From an uncultured Desulfobacteraceae bacterium (GTDB lineage Bacteria; Desulfobacterota; DSM-4660; Desulfatiglandales; Desulfatiglandaceae), in assembly GCA_964473615.1 (NCBI GenBank), contig CAYYPQ010000014.1:2229-66228 (forward strand): a DNA stretch of 64,000 nucleotides. Direction: 5' to 3'. Both the position numbers and the translations under genes were made by a program. Below are positions 7,472 to 18,800 of the stretch, in pieces. Below the pieces are notes generated by a model. That model was given only the letters and a program-made list of their open reading frames with translations. It had not been told where the DNA came from and did no database searches. The number at the start of each line of letters is the position of its first letter. The first letter of the stretch is position 1.

Positions 7472-9358
7472 TTAAGGCCACCAGGACCATGCCTTTAGTC
7501 TGAGCCATTCGGTCAGATTTCTGGTCCAGATGAAGATGAGTTTGCGGCGGTCTACATAAATTTTGCCGACACCTTCCATGCCAGGGCGAAGACGTTCGGA
7601 CACGGACTTCAGGTGGGCCTCAACACGGAAGTAGTTTCGGCCTTCCCGTGCGGTAGATATGGGAGTGATCTTTTCGACCAAGAAGTCGTAGTGATCATTA
7701 GGAAGGGACGACAAGACCAGACTGCCCTGCTGGCCTGTACGTACGTCCGCAATTCGGCGCTCATCGACCTGTACTATGACGCGATATGCATCTAACGGCG
7801 CTAGCTCAAAAAGTACATCACCTTTCTCCACCAGGCCCCCGAGCATTTGGCTGAGATCACCGCTGGCCACAATACCATTAAAGGGTGCCAGGATACGTGT
7901 CCGTTTTAGCTGGCTTTCCACCAGACTGAGCTGAGCGTTGGTCTGGTCAAGCTGTGCCTTGATTATGTTGACATCAGCCCACTTGTGCTTTGCCAGTACC
8001 TCCTGATGCTGTCGACGAAGCTGTCTTCGCTGGCTCAGCCACTTAAGCCTTTGTAGCCTCAGATCACGATCGTCCAAGACACACAGGAGCATATGTTTTT
8101 TTACTAGGTCCCCGGCACGAACATGGGCCTCTTTTATGTAACCATTAAATGGCGCAACCACAACACGGCGTACCGCCGCTTCAAGAGTGGTGTCGGCAGA
8201 TAGCCAATACTTCCCTGTCGCAACGCTAAAAAAAACAATAATGCCTGCCAGGAGCAAGACGATTAACTTTCTGCCAAGGTATTGCAGGCCAAAGAGCCTT
8301 TCCACCTGTGCCTTGAGGGAATCAAGAATTTTGCCTATCAGAAGGCGATCATTTAGGCGCTTGTTCTCCAATGCGGGGGCCACCAGCCCTGCCACGCTGC
8401 GGCAGAATTCAACATCACCGTCGTCAAAAGGCTGATCCTCCGGGCGCTCTAAGGTCAAGGCGCCGTAATAGGTGTTGTTTCCATACAAAGGCAGCGTCAA
8501 GATAGAGCCGGAGCCATGTTGTTTTGCCAGAAATTCGTGGTCTCGGGTAACGATGATTTCGGCATCTGGCGGGGCAGGATGCCGGATTTCCTGTCGCTGA
8601 AACCTGGCTTCGTCCATTGCTCTTTCAATAGAGCGGATCAGATTCATGCGCTTTCCAAACTGAGCACTGTGTGAAACCGTTTTCACACGGATACGATTTC
8701 TGCGTACAAAACCCAGGCTCACGCGGTCGCAATGGAGATGTGTCGCCATTTCAGTTACAAAGGTTATGCTGGCACCCCTAAAATGATCCTCTGCCAGCAC
8801 GGCTGCCAGCATATCAACTGCAGCTTTGAGACCCCCGAGGGCCGTTTCACTCTCTTCCTTTTTACTCTTGCAGAAGAAAAGTTCCAACCATGATTCACCC
8901 CATTGCAATTTATCCATGGCAGATTTCAACTGGGCTTCCTCATCCGTGGCTACTTCAAGGGCAACTACGCCACATAATTCTTCATTGATCAGGATGGGAT
9001 ACGCTAAACCGTAACGAGGCGGGTAAGAGGTATCCATGCCAGGAGGCATGGCCAATTCCACAAGCAGACCACAACGCTCAGCCAGTACTCGTTCCGAGAT
9101 TTCCGCCAGACGCTCAACATCCACCCCTTCTTGGGGCCATTTGGCAACAGGTACGAAGGAATTTGTTTTCAGGTTACCAATTATGAGCACACCCTGAATC
9201 ACCTTGGAGACACGTGAACACTGCAAAGCAAGCCAGCTATGGAAATACTCGTCCCGGCTGCCTGCTCCAGTGAAGCGGGCCCACAACAAAGCGAGGTTTT
9301 CCTCGGAACTGTCTTTAGCCTTTATGGTCTTATTTATGCTCAAGGATCTCAGCACCAA
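7472..9358 (-). CDS. GAF-domain, TM, HlyD-family membrane fusion protein
   Basis: 628 aa. The cytoplasmic N-terminal half is GAF-like (..CGVVALEV..., ..YGALTLERPEDQPFDDGDVEF..). There is a single TM (LIVLLLAGIIVFFSVATG). The HlyD part has a lipoyl motif (APFNGYIKEAHVRAGDLVKKHMLLCVLDD), a long coiled coil and APFNGIVASGDL. The start is TTG in the ORF track, and the gene ends 11 nt before the next gene. Confidence 0.8.
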   Translation of the reverse strand: MVLRSLSINKTIKAKDSSEENLALLWARFTGAGSRDEYFHSWLALQCSRVSKVIQGVLIIGNLKTNSFVPVAKWPQEGVDVERLAEISERVLAERCGLLVELAMPPGMDTSYPPRYGLAYPILINEELCGVVALEVATDEEAQLKSAMDKLQWGESWLELFFCKSKKEESETALGGLKAAVDMLAAVLAEDHFRGASITFVTEMATHLHCDRVSLGFVRRNRIRVKTVSHSAQFGKRMNLIRSIERAMDEARFQRQEIRHPAPPDAEIIVTRDHEFLAKQHGSGSILTLPLYGNNTYYGALTLERPEDQPFDDGDVEFCRSVAGLVAPALENKRLNDRLLIGKILDSLKAQVERLFGLQYLGRKLIVLLLAGIIVFFSVATGKYWLSADTTLEAAVRRVVVAPFNGYIKEAHVRAGDLVKKHMLLCVLDDRDLRLQRLKWLSQRRQLRRQHQEVLAKHKWADVNIIKAQLDQTNAQLSLVESQLKRTRILAPFNGIVASGDLSQMLGGLVEKGDVLFELAPLDAYRVIVQVDERRIADVRTGQQGSLVLSSLPNDHYDFLVEKITPISTAREGRNYFRVEAHLKSVSERLRPGMEGVGKIYVDRRKLIFIWTRNLTEWLRLKAWSWWP

Positions 9359-9445
9359 ATGGTTGAGTTATGGCAAGTATGCGTACCGATTGCATCGTAG
9401 GCCATAGTTGGCCAGCTAGGTGGAAGGTAGTGTCAGAAAGTAATT

Positions 9446-9805
9446 CTAGGCCTTGGTCCCTGGCGGTTTTTCGCCTGACTCGATACGAAGTTCACCGAAG
9501 CGGGACTCATATTCGCGGAGGATATTGTTGAGTAATAGGGATAGGCGCTTGGCCGCATAGGGGTTCAGAATAACGCGATCGCTCAATTCAACGGTCAGCG
9601 CCTCCTGACTGGTATGCCAGCTTTGGTTGGTACCAAAAAGTAAGGTGACTTCTTCCCTAGTGCTGGATACGTTAACCACGTTGGCATAGGTGCTCTTCAT
9701 CTTGGAGCCATCCCAACGTATTACCGGCCTTGAACTTTTAGCATCCTGTTCAGCCTCATTTTTTGCCTCATTCTTTTCCTTGTTATCTCCGGGTGTCTGC
9801 GCCAT
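9446..9805 (-). CDS. DUF3467-like small protein
   Basis: YANVVNVSSTREEVTLLFG...RVILNPYAAKRLSLLLNNILREYESRFG matches my memory of the DUF3467 pattern. The ATG at 9805 is preceded by a perfect AGGAGG 7 nt upstream (ataggaggacaaactATG). It overlaps the last 23 nt of the giant ORF. The track start at 9823 is less likely. Confidence 0.65.
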   Translation of the reverse strand: MAQTPGDNKEKNEAKNEAEQDAKSSRPVIRWDGSKMKSTYANVVNVSSTREEVTLLFGTNQSWHTSQEALTVELSDRVILNPYAAKRLSLLLNNILREYESRFGELRIESGEKPPGTKA

Positions 9806-12800
9806 AGTTTGTCCTCCTATCATTAAAGTTTAAAAAGGGGAAGCCGATAAATGGCAAATCACCGGTTTGGGATCCGGATCTGCTAGAGTGTCCACCTTCC
9901 TTCAACTGGCCGTTATGCCAGCGTAGGAAGCGCCGTTTATCTTCTTCAAGGTTTAACCTCTGGAATGCCTCTCGATTCAAAATCATCTTGTCATCGCTAC
10001 GCCGCGAAGAGACCGCACTCCATCCCATAAATCCGGCAACCATGGCCCCTAATCCGAGGTCCTCACGAGGCTTGCCCTGGTCTGAAGGATCGTGTCGATG
10101 GGATTCTAATTGCCCGGCGGGTATTTTTAACACCTGATCAGGATAGATGACATCCGGATCAGTTATTTCCGGGTTGGCTTCCCAAATCTTCCGCCATAAA
10201 AGGGGATCACCAAATTTTTCTCTTGAGATGTCCCATAGGGTATCACCTTTCTCGACCTTGTATTCTTTATATTGGATCCCTTTGGTGTAGCTTTCAGGTT
10301 CAGTGTAGCCCTCAGGCTTGGCAGCGGCCTCCGTAAGATATGAACCGGGATGGGAGGGGATCTGGGGTAGGCCAGCCCCGCGTGTGCCAGCCACAAAGGG
10401 CTGTATGCCAGCGCCTTTAGCGGGCAGGATGCCGCCGATAAAGGCAAGCCCCGGCGTCTGCCACCCTGGTATAAAGGGTGATCTGTATAGGGAGAAGAGA
10501 GTATTGGCGATGGTGTCAAGGTTGTACTGTCCGAGTCGGACAACGCTTACGACCTTGCCGCCTTCAATGATAGCGCGGGCATAATCACCGATAATGAAAT
10601 CATCAGTCAGATTGCCCACAAAGACATCATTGCCGAAACCACCAAACATGATGTCGTTATTGGTTCCTCCATCAAGAAAATCGTTACCACCGATGAAGGG
10701 GTCAATAGTTTCGATTACGCTCGGTGTGCCGTTGCTCAGGGTCACCTTGCCGCCGTCGCCCAGAATGATATCGTCACCGGCGCCGCCTGCGACAGTGTCG
10801 TCCTTTGCACCGGCTATGATGATATCATTGCCGGATCCACTAGCTATAACGTCATTGCCGCCCACGTTTGCATCAACGGTAAATACTGTGCCTAGTTCGC
10901 GGATGATTCCATCGGTCTTATCGCCGGGGCCACCGCCCCCGAGGACCGTGACCTCCTGAAGATTCTCATTAAGATAATGGACTCGGCCGCGATCGCCGAA
11001 GATAATGTCGTCTCCGCTGCCTCCAGAAATGGTGTCGTTTCCTTTGCCACCAAAGATGATCAGTGGCAGGCTCGATGAGGAGGCGTCTACAGAGTCATTG
11101 TCGCTCACTGGGTCTAGGGAATCGTCAGGGCCCTGCAGGTTGAGCACAAAGAATCCATCGGTTCCGGCGTCGAGAGAGACGTTGCCACGGTCATCACCAA
11201 GACCTGTATTCAAGGTGGTGATGGTACGGACACCATCTCGCTTGTGGGTACTGGCAACCGTAAAGGTGTCTTCCCCGTAGCCGCTCCACAAGGTGATCCC
11301 TCCGGCAAAGTTACCGTTGGTCAGGTCTGTTTTATAGGTGATATCTGCCGGCGCCAATCCCTGGATCATGGCCTTCGTAATCAAAATGTCGCTATCGCCT
11401 TGGTTGCTATCAGAATCGCTAATCATCAATAGATGCCCGCCCTGGCCAGCGTCTATGTTCAATTGGCCTAAGATATCGTCAAGATTGCCTTCAAGGAAAT
11501 CGGTGGAAGTATCGAGGTCTAAATCGGCACCCGACGATACATAGATCCTTTCATTGCCATCATGTAAATCAATGTTGGTGACGGCGGCAGTTCCCTGAAC
11601 GTTGAAGACATCGTCCCCTGAACCAAGGCTGATATTCAGTTCTTCTACGTTCTTATATTGAACACCCATTGCCATGTCAAGGCCGGTGAGCCTGGTGTTG
11701 TTGAGTACTCCAACGTTGGCATCTGTATCGCCGGTATCATCAATATTTACGATATCATCATTATCACCGCCATCAATGGTCAATAGTCCAGCGATATCAT
11801 CCACCACGCCGCCACTAAGCGGTGAAAGGCTGCCCACATTGATTGTATCACTGCCGCCTGATGTGTGAAGCGAGGTCGTACCCTCATGTGTTGCCCTGAC
11901 GTTGAAGATATCGCTGCCCGAACCAAGGTCAATATTCATCTCTTCCATGTCATGATAAACAAGACCGCCGGGATAATCCTTTCCTTTGATCGTTGTCCCT
12001 GTCGACATATTGAGACCGGTCAGTGTGCTACTGCCCAGCCAACCCTCATCGTCGGTTTCGCTATTCGTGTTGTATGCATTTAGCGTGTCATGGGAAAGTG
12101 TCTCATCCAGTTGTGCAATCAATTCATCACCGCCTAGTGACGGGTCATCTTCTCCTTCCCCTGGCATGTTAACCGGATCACCTACTGGCCGTGCCCCTTC
12201 GCCATCGCCACTGCCACCTTCAATTCTGAGCGGTCCCCTAATTGAGCCAAGGGAGTTTGTTATGGTGAAATCAACATCCTCATCTGTAACGATGATATCT
12301 TTAAGGTTGACATTGTCAGGCACACCCCCGACGTGGATGGTGTCGTTGCCGTAGTTGCCTAGCAAGACAGTGTTGACAATAGGGCTTGTTGAGAGCACAA
12401 AAATCTGGTCATCGCCAATATACGTGTCGACAATAAGGGTTTCTACATATTCATAGTTTGTGGTCAGGCCGGCGCCAAAGACACCTTTGTCAGTAACAGC
12501 AATGGCATCATCAAACTCTGTGCCGATTAATATTAACCTATCCTCTCCTTCGCCGCCGTTTATGTTCACAGGTGCATTTACCACATACTTGATGGTATCT
12601 GCTCCCTTACCACCTGTGATTGTTGTACCTGCCTGTGCGAATGATCTGACATCAAATTTGTCGTCACCGTCTTGCCCGTTTAATTGAAGTTCCTCCCGAT
12701 TGCGGTAGACCGTGATATCGTCGTCACCGTCACCGGCATTGACCGTTGTGGCAGCGCTGACGCCGTTGCTGAGAAAGCCAAGTGTTGTTTCCACTGTCTC

Positions 12801-15800
12801 CACGCCGGCAGGAGCTGATTTGAACACCTGCCCTATCTGGATCCTGTCGTTCCCCGCGCCGGCATTGATGGTCGTCTTTGCAGAGTTATCGTCGAGAACA
12901 AGGTGGTCATCTCCTTCACCGCTATTGATGATCAATTGGTTATTTATGTTTTCGTCGTACCAGACCCTCTCGAAATCAGGGTGGTATTTTGGCTTGCCTT
13001 TTGCGTCACGCCCGTCTGGCCTTAGCAGGGCCACGAAGTCTTTCCGGAATAGGAAGGTGTCGGCCACAGACGTGCCGTTGATGGTCAGGGTGTCATCACC
13101 TGTGGCACCCGTATCGAGCACCTTTAACTCCGATTTGCCCGTACCGGTCAGGTTTACGAGGTACTGGTCGCTGCCACCCCGGCCGTCAATGGTCCACACC
13201 GGCGCCGGATCAGGTCCGGTATAGATAACATCTGTCAGGGTAACAATATCATCATCACTCTCTCCATAGACCGTCACAGGACCGAATGGAATGGGGCTTT
13301 CAAAATTCATTACAGAGCCGATTCCTGGGTCTGCATTTCCGTAATCACCATAAAGCACTACCCCTGTTGCTGCTCCAATTATGCCGCCGGTTTCTATAGT
13401 GATGTCGTCACCGGCCCTCAATATCACCGATCCCGTAAGACTCCATATCGCATTCGCCTTGGTCCCGCTAACGGACAGGTCGTCTCCCGCATCACCCGAC
13501 TCTGTGACAGTCATTCGGACATCGCCGGAAATTGACGTTACCTGAAAGTTGTCCCCGATAACAAGGTCGCCATCTGCCTCGGCAAGATAGATGCCCAGGT
13601 TTGCCGTAACATCGAGGGACCAAGACGGGGAATCCTTAGAATCGAAATCCACATCATTATCGAGAGTGCCGACTCCGCCGGTCTGGGCGTTGAGATAAGT
13701 TTTTCCTCCAGAAAAAAGGTTGCTTTCTTCATTATTGATACCGTCGAAGATCGATCCCTGGGCTACCAGGTTTATATCATTCCCGGCAGAAACCGTGTCC
13801 AGATAAAGGTCTGCCACGTCCCTAAGGTAGATGTCGGTGTCGGCCCTTGCGGTGAGGGTGGCCTGTCCTTTCAGGTCAATTCTTAGCTGACTATCCTGAG
13901 TCCCTATATAACCCCCGGCATTCGTTGCATTGAGAATCAAATTGCCAGATGTGCTTATAGCTGTCGTCTCATCGGTATAGACATCCGTGATGGCCCCGCC
14001 GGCCTGCAGGCGCACATAGCCTCCTGCCACAACAGAATCAATCTTGAGATCCCCTTCTGCCTGCAGTGCGACACTATCCCCTGTCGCGACTGTAACGCTT
14101 TCAGATGCTTCAACATTTATGTCATTCCATACCTGCAGAGTCAGGGTCTCGACTTCACCGTTTTGGTCATAGGTTACATCCAAAATATCGTCCACAGTCG
14201 CCACGGTCAGTATTTCCTTCTCCTGGTCGGACAGGGTTTCAAAACCGTGGGACAGATCGATGGTAACAACATCTGTAATACGGCCTACCTGGCTATTTTC
14301 ACCTCCGGTCATCATTGTTACATGACCGCCTAGGATATTGGGTGTTTCGATTATGTCGGTTCCGTGGGCCACAGCGCCGTCTGCATCTGGATAAAGGAAG
14401 CTGAAAAGAGATCTCGAAACCGGATACCTCAGGGCACTGGTGGAAAAAGTCCGGTCCGAAATCCGGTCCTGCCGTTCCTGGTCGGATATATGGTAGATAA
14501 AGTTGGGATCGTACACTCCATCCCCATAGGTATCGTGTACCTTTTGATAGCGCTCGTCCAAGGGGACGTCTTGCTGAAGGTCCCCGTAACTATAGCCGTA
14601 CTCCAGCAAACTGGTATAATTGAAATGTACGTCCCCTTCGATGGTAATATCCATGACCTTTGGGGTCTTGCTGATTGCGGCGTCATATCTGGAAAGGGCG
14701 AGTTGAATTGTTGTATCATTCTTCACAACAACATAGTAAGCAAGATTGTTTTCGAGATTTGACTGGGGCTTGCTGACACTCTCACCCTGGTAACTGTAAA
14801 GCGTACCGTCATGAGTCCTGACCAACTGGTTTGTCTCGAGCATAACGCGTGTTCCCACAGCGAGCTTATCAAGGGCATAATCAGGAGCGATCTCGGCCCA
14901 TCTGGCTGCATTTTTATAGTCCTCAGCGGCCAGATCTACATTATCAGTGTGCTCACCCAGGTAGCTGTGCAGGATACCATCGACCGTTCTGACAATCTGA
15001 TCTGTTTCAAGGCTGACCGTACCCGAAAGATTTCCAAGGTCATAATCGGGAACGATCCCGGCCCATCTGTTGGTATCGCCATAGTTCTCCTTGCTCAGGT
15101 CGATTCCCACGCTGAAGAAGACCTGGTCACCGGTCTCAAGCCCGTGAGGCTGGCTGAAGCTGATTTCATCTTTGACTGCGTCAATGTTCTTAATCGCTAT
15201 TTCACCAGCCACATAACTCGGCCTGGCGTCGCGGTACGCTTGCCAGTAACTGTGGTAGAGCTGGGTTTGGGCCCCTTCTTCAAGCTGAATAGCTTTTTCC
15301 GCTTCATCGATAGCCCCCTGTCCTGTCAGTTGCTGTTCCTTGTCGAGCTTGTCGGCTTCTTGTTGTGTGCGAGGTCTGAATTCTTCATAGAAGGCATCGA
15401 GTATTGAACCATCGTCAACTCGCAGATAAACGTCCCCCTGCTCGGAATGAATGGATGCATCAAAACCGTCAAAATCACCCCCCCAGGTCTGCGGCTGGGC
15501 GGGCTTTAAATCTCCCTCTATCTCACGTATGTATATGTCTCCATGGGCCCTGGCTGCCACACCACCGGAGCCAAGAACATCGCTATCCACCCGCAAGTAC
15601 GAATCGGCACTTCCGATTTGGCCTCCTATGGCATAGAGCTCGATCTGGTTGCCGCGGATGAAGGAGGACTGGTCAAATGCCTGAATACCGTCACCGGCAT
15701 GTAAAACAACATTGCCGCCCGTTGAGATGATCTGGCCAACAATAATCGTGCTGCTTTGATTTCCATCTGGATCAAATACAACCCGGATATCGATATCCCC

Positions 15801-18800
15801 CTCAGAAGTGATGGACAATACTTGTGGAACTTGTGGGTCTCCCTGGACACTCATGGCCGCCAAGGGGGAAAGCGGTTTAGATGTCTTCCCGCCCTCGACA
15901 TTCGCCCGCACTGAGCCACCGGCATTGATGGTCGGGCTCACACCCAATACAGCCGCCGTTTCTCCGAAGATGACATCCCCACCCGAAGTCAGGGTAATAC
16001 TTCCTTCCTTAGGACTGGTGATGGTTCCCTGGAGATGGAGATCGTTCAAGGTGTCAATGTTAATCGAAGGGGCCGCCGGGGCCTGGATAAACGAAATCCC
16101 AATGGGGTAGTCCGCCTCCAGCGTATGGGTATAATAATCCTTCTCGCCGAAGGTTTGGGTTACCACGGTATGGGCCGTCTTTGTCCTGAGCCAGCCGCCG
16201 CCCGTTGTCCAACGCTGCACATCGTAGGTATAATTTTGAAAGCTACTATCATATGTGATATCCGCATCCGTCGTTGTCGCGCTTACATCGGTCCATTTCT
16301 GCGTATCTGAGTAATCCTGGTCACGCAGCACGAGTTGCGCATTCTGACCTATATACAGGTAACGGTTCCCGACCACACCACCTTGGGCAAGTCTTACCCC
16401 GTTTTCATCAACGACCACCTTGATAATGTCAATGTTCTGGATCAGTTGCACATCCGTGTCATCTTTCATTTCGTATTGAATCGTATATGCCTTACCATCA
16501 GCATAACCCAGGACCTCAACCTGAGAGACCCATTTGCTGGAATCCGTGTAGTCCGCTGTCCCTAAATCAAAATTGTCCGCATCGGCGCCTTGATAGAGGT
16601 AAAGCGTGCCGTCCACATCCTTGACAATCTGCCCGGTATGGAGATCAACCAGAGTACCTGAAGGAAGCGTGTTTGCGTCATAATCCGGCTTTACAGTCAG
16701 GACTTCAGACTCGAGAAGCGGATATTCATCTCGGAAATTGGTCACCTGCGACTTGTAGCTCTGATCTTTTACGGCACCATCCCAATCAAAACCAATCAGA
16801 TTGAAGCTCTTCTTCTCATAGGTTGTGACCAAAACCCTCGTCTTCTCCTGCCCCTCCGTCCACAGGTATTGCAGTCCTTCACGCGGTTGGTACTCCATGG
16901 TGTCATTTTGATCGTAATAGTGGGAATCCACCTCTTCATAAACAATGCTTGAGATCACGCTATCGCTATCGCTTAGATCGCCTCCACCGGGCGTCCCCTG
17001 GTATAACGTCTCCTTGATCTGGCCCAGGTCATCATCGAACTCATACTCCACCTTTTGAAATTTGCCCGTATCGATGATCGTGATCTTCCCCTCTCTCTTT
17101 TTGGTTGTGTCTATCCTGTTGACAACCAGCTCATAGGGGCTGTCGTTCTGGATGTCGACATTGGTATAACCGTGAGCCACCCTGAGCATACCGTTTCCCG
17201 TGCTCAGGATCTCACCTGCCAAAATAATTCTGCCGCCTTGCGGAACAATCTCATTAACCACAATGGCCTGTTTCTGCGCATCAAAATAGCCGTCCACAGG
17301 CACCCTGTCAGTACCAAAGCTGATCCCTTGAAGCGGGTTCCCATCATCATCAAGAAATAAAGTAGTGCCGGAAGGGGCAAAATCCTGACCCACGTGGAGG
17401 GTTATGGTCTGAACGCCACTCTGGATCAGCCCATTGACATCCAGGTACCGGGCCGTTATGGCAACCCGGCCCTGGGCAAGGATTGAGGAGCTCCACGGGT
17501 CGATAGAGTCAATGAAGGGGTTATTGTCATAGGTTTTGGTGGTCAGGTTTCCGGCCTTATTGAAGACCTGGCCGCGATAGTTGTCGAGGCCCGGGTATTG
17601 CCGGGGGTCCATGTTGTGGAACCAATCGTCCGTGTTGAGATTGAAGTCCTTGGCGGCCCTGATTTCCACGTTTTCGGCCCTGATTTCCCCTGACACATTG
17701 ATGCTGCCCTCATTATTAATAATAGATACATCCCCGACTTCGTTGATAACGTCTCCTACAATGTAGAGGTCCTGGGGCAGGCCTTCAGGAATTGCCAGGT
17801 CAATATTGTAATCAGTCCCCTTTCGGCTTATGGAATCCTGGGTAATGGTGATGGCCTTGTCCGGAGGATCTTGAATGGAGGTTATCCCTTTGTAGTTGAA
17901 ATACACATTGCCCGGAGTAAGGACTGTATATTCTCCATCAACGACAGTGACTCGTCGTGTATCTCGAATCACCGTATCATATACTGTCAGCGAAAACGGT
18001 GTCTCATTGGCGACATTTATCTTTGCACCTGCCCTTGCAACGAGTTGGTTGTCCACCAGGGGCACAAAGGCATCACGATAGTTCGCATCTGCCTTAATAT
18101 AGATCGAACCGGGAGCGGCGTAAATATCGGGTAGCTCAACGAACAAGACATCCAATCCTTTATTGGCGACCTGGGCAGGTTGCCCGGTATCCGGGTCAAT
18201 AATGCTGTCCAGCAGTCCCAATTCCGACAGGCTTTCTTCGACCAGGGCAAGCTGGATTTCATAGCGGGCGACGGCCTCCGGGTTACTCGAGTGGTTTGCA
18301 ATCCAGTCCAGGATCTTATCACGCTGTGCAAGGAGGACGCTCCCGACATTCTGGAGCGACAGTGTGGGGGCATCAACCCTGGTAGGTTTGACGACATAAA
18401 ATTTGTTTTTAAGGGCTCCCTTCAAGGAAATGGTCACATCGCTCATGTAGATGGTGGGCGCCATCTCACCCCATGTTGCAATATCGCTAAAATCTTCGCT
18501 GTTCAAATCTATATTATTAGCGCCCTGATCCGGCAGATACTTGTATAACGTGTCTTCAGTCGTTCTCACGATCTGCCCCTTCTGAAGGGCGACCGTCGTC
18601 CCAGGAGCAAGCGTATGTAAGTCATAATCAACGGTAATTTTTTCCCACCTGCTGGTATCGCTGTAATCCTCCTTATCCAACACTATCAGGTCCGGCTTAT
18701 CGATCTCGGGCTTGTATCTATACAATGCGCCAAGCTCTCCACCCCCGGCCACAGGGTTTCCATTCCCGTCATCCGCCACCTGGATGACCGTTCCCGTGTA

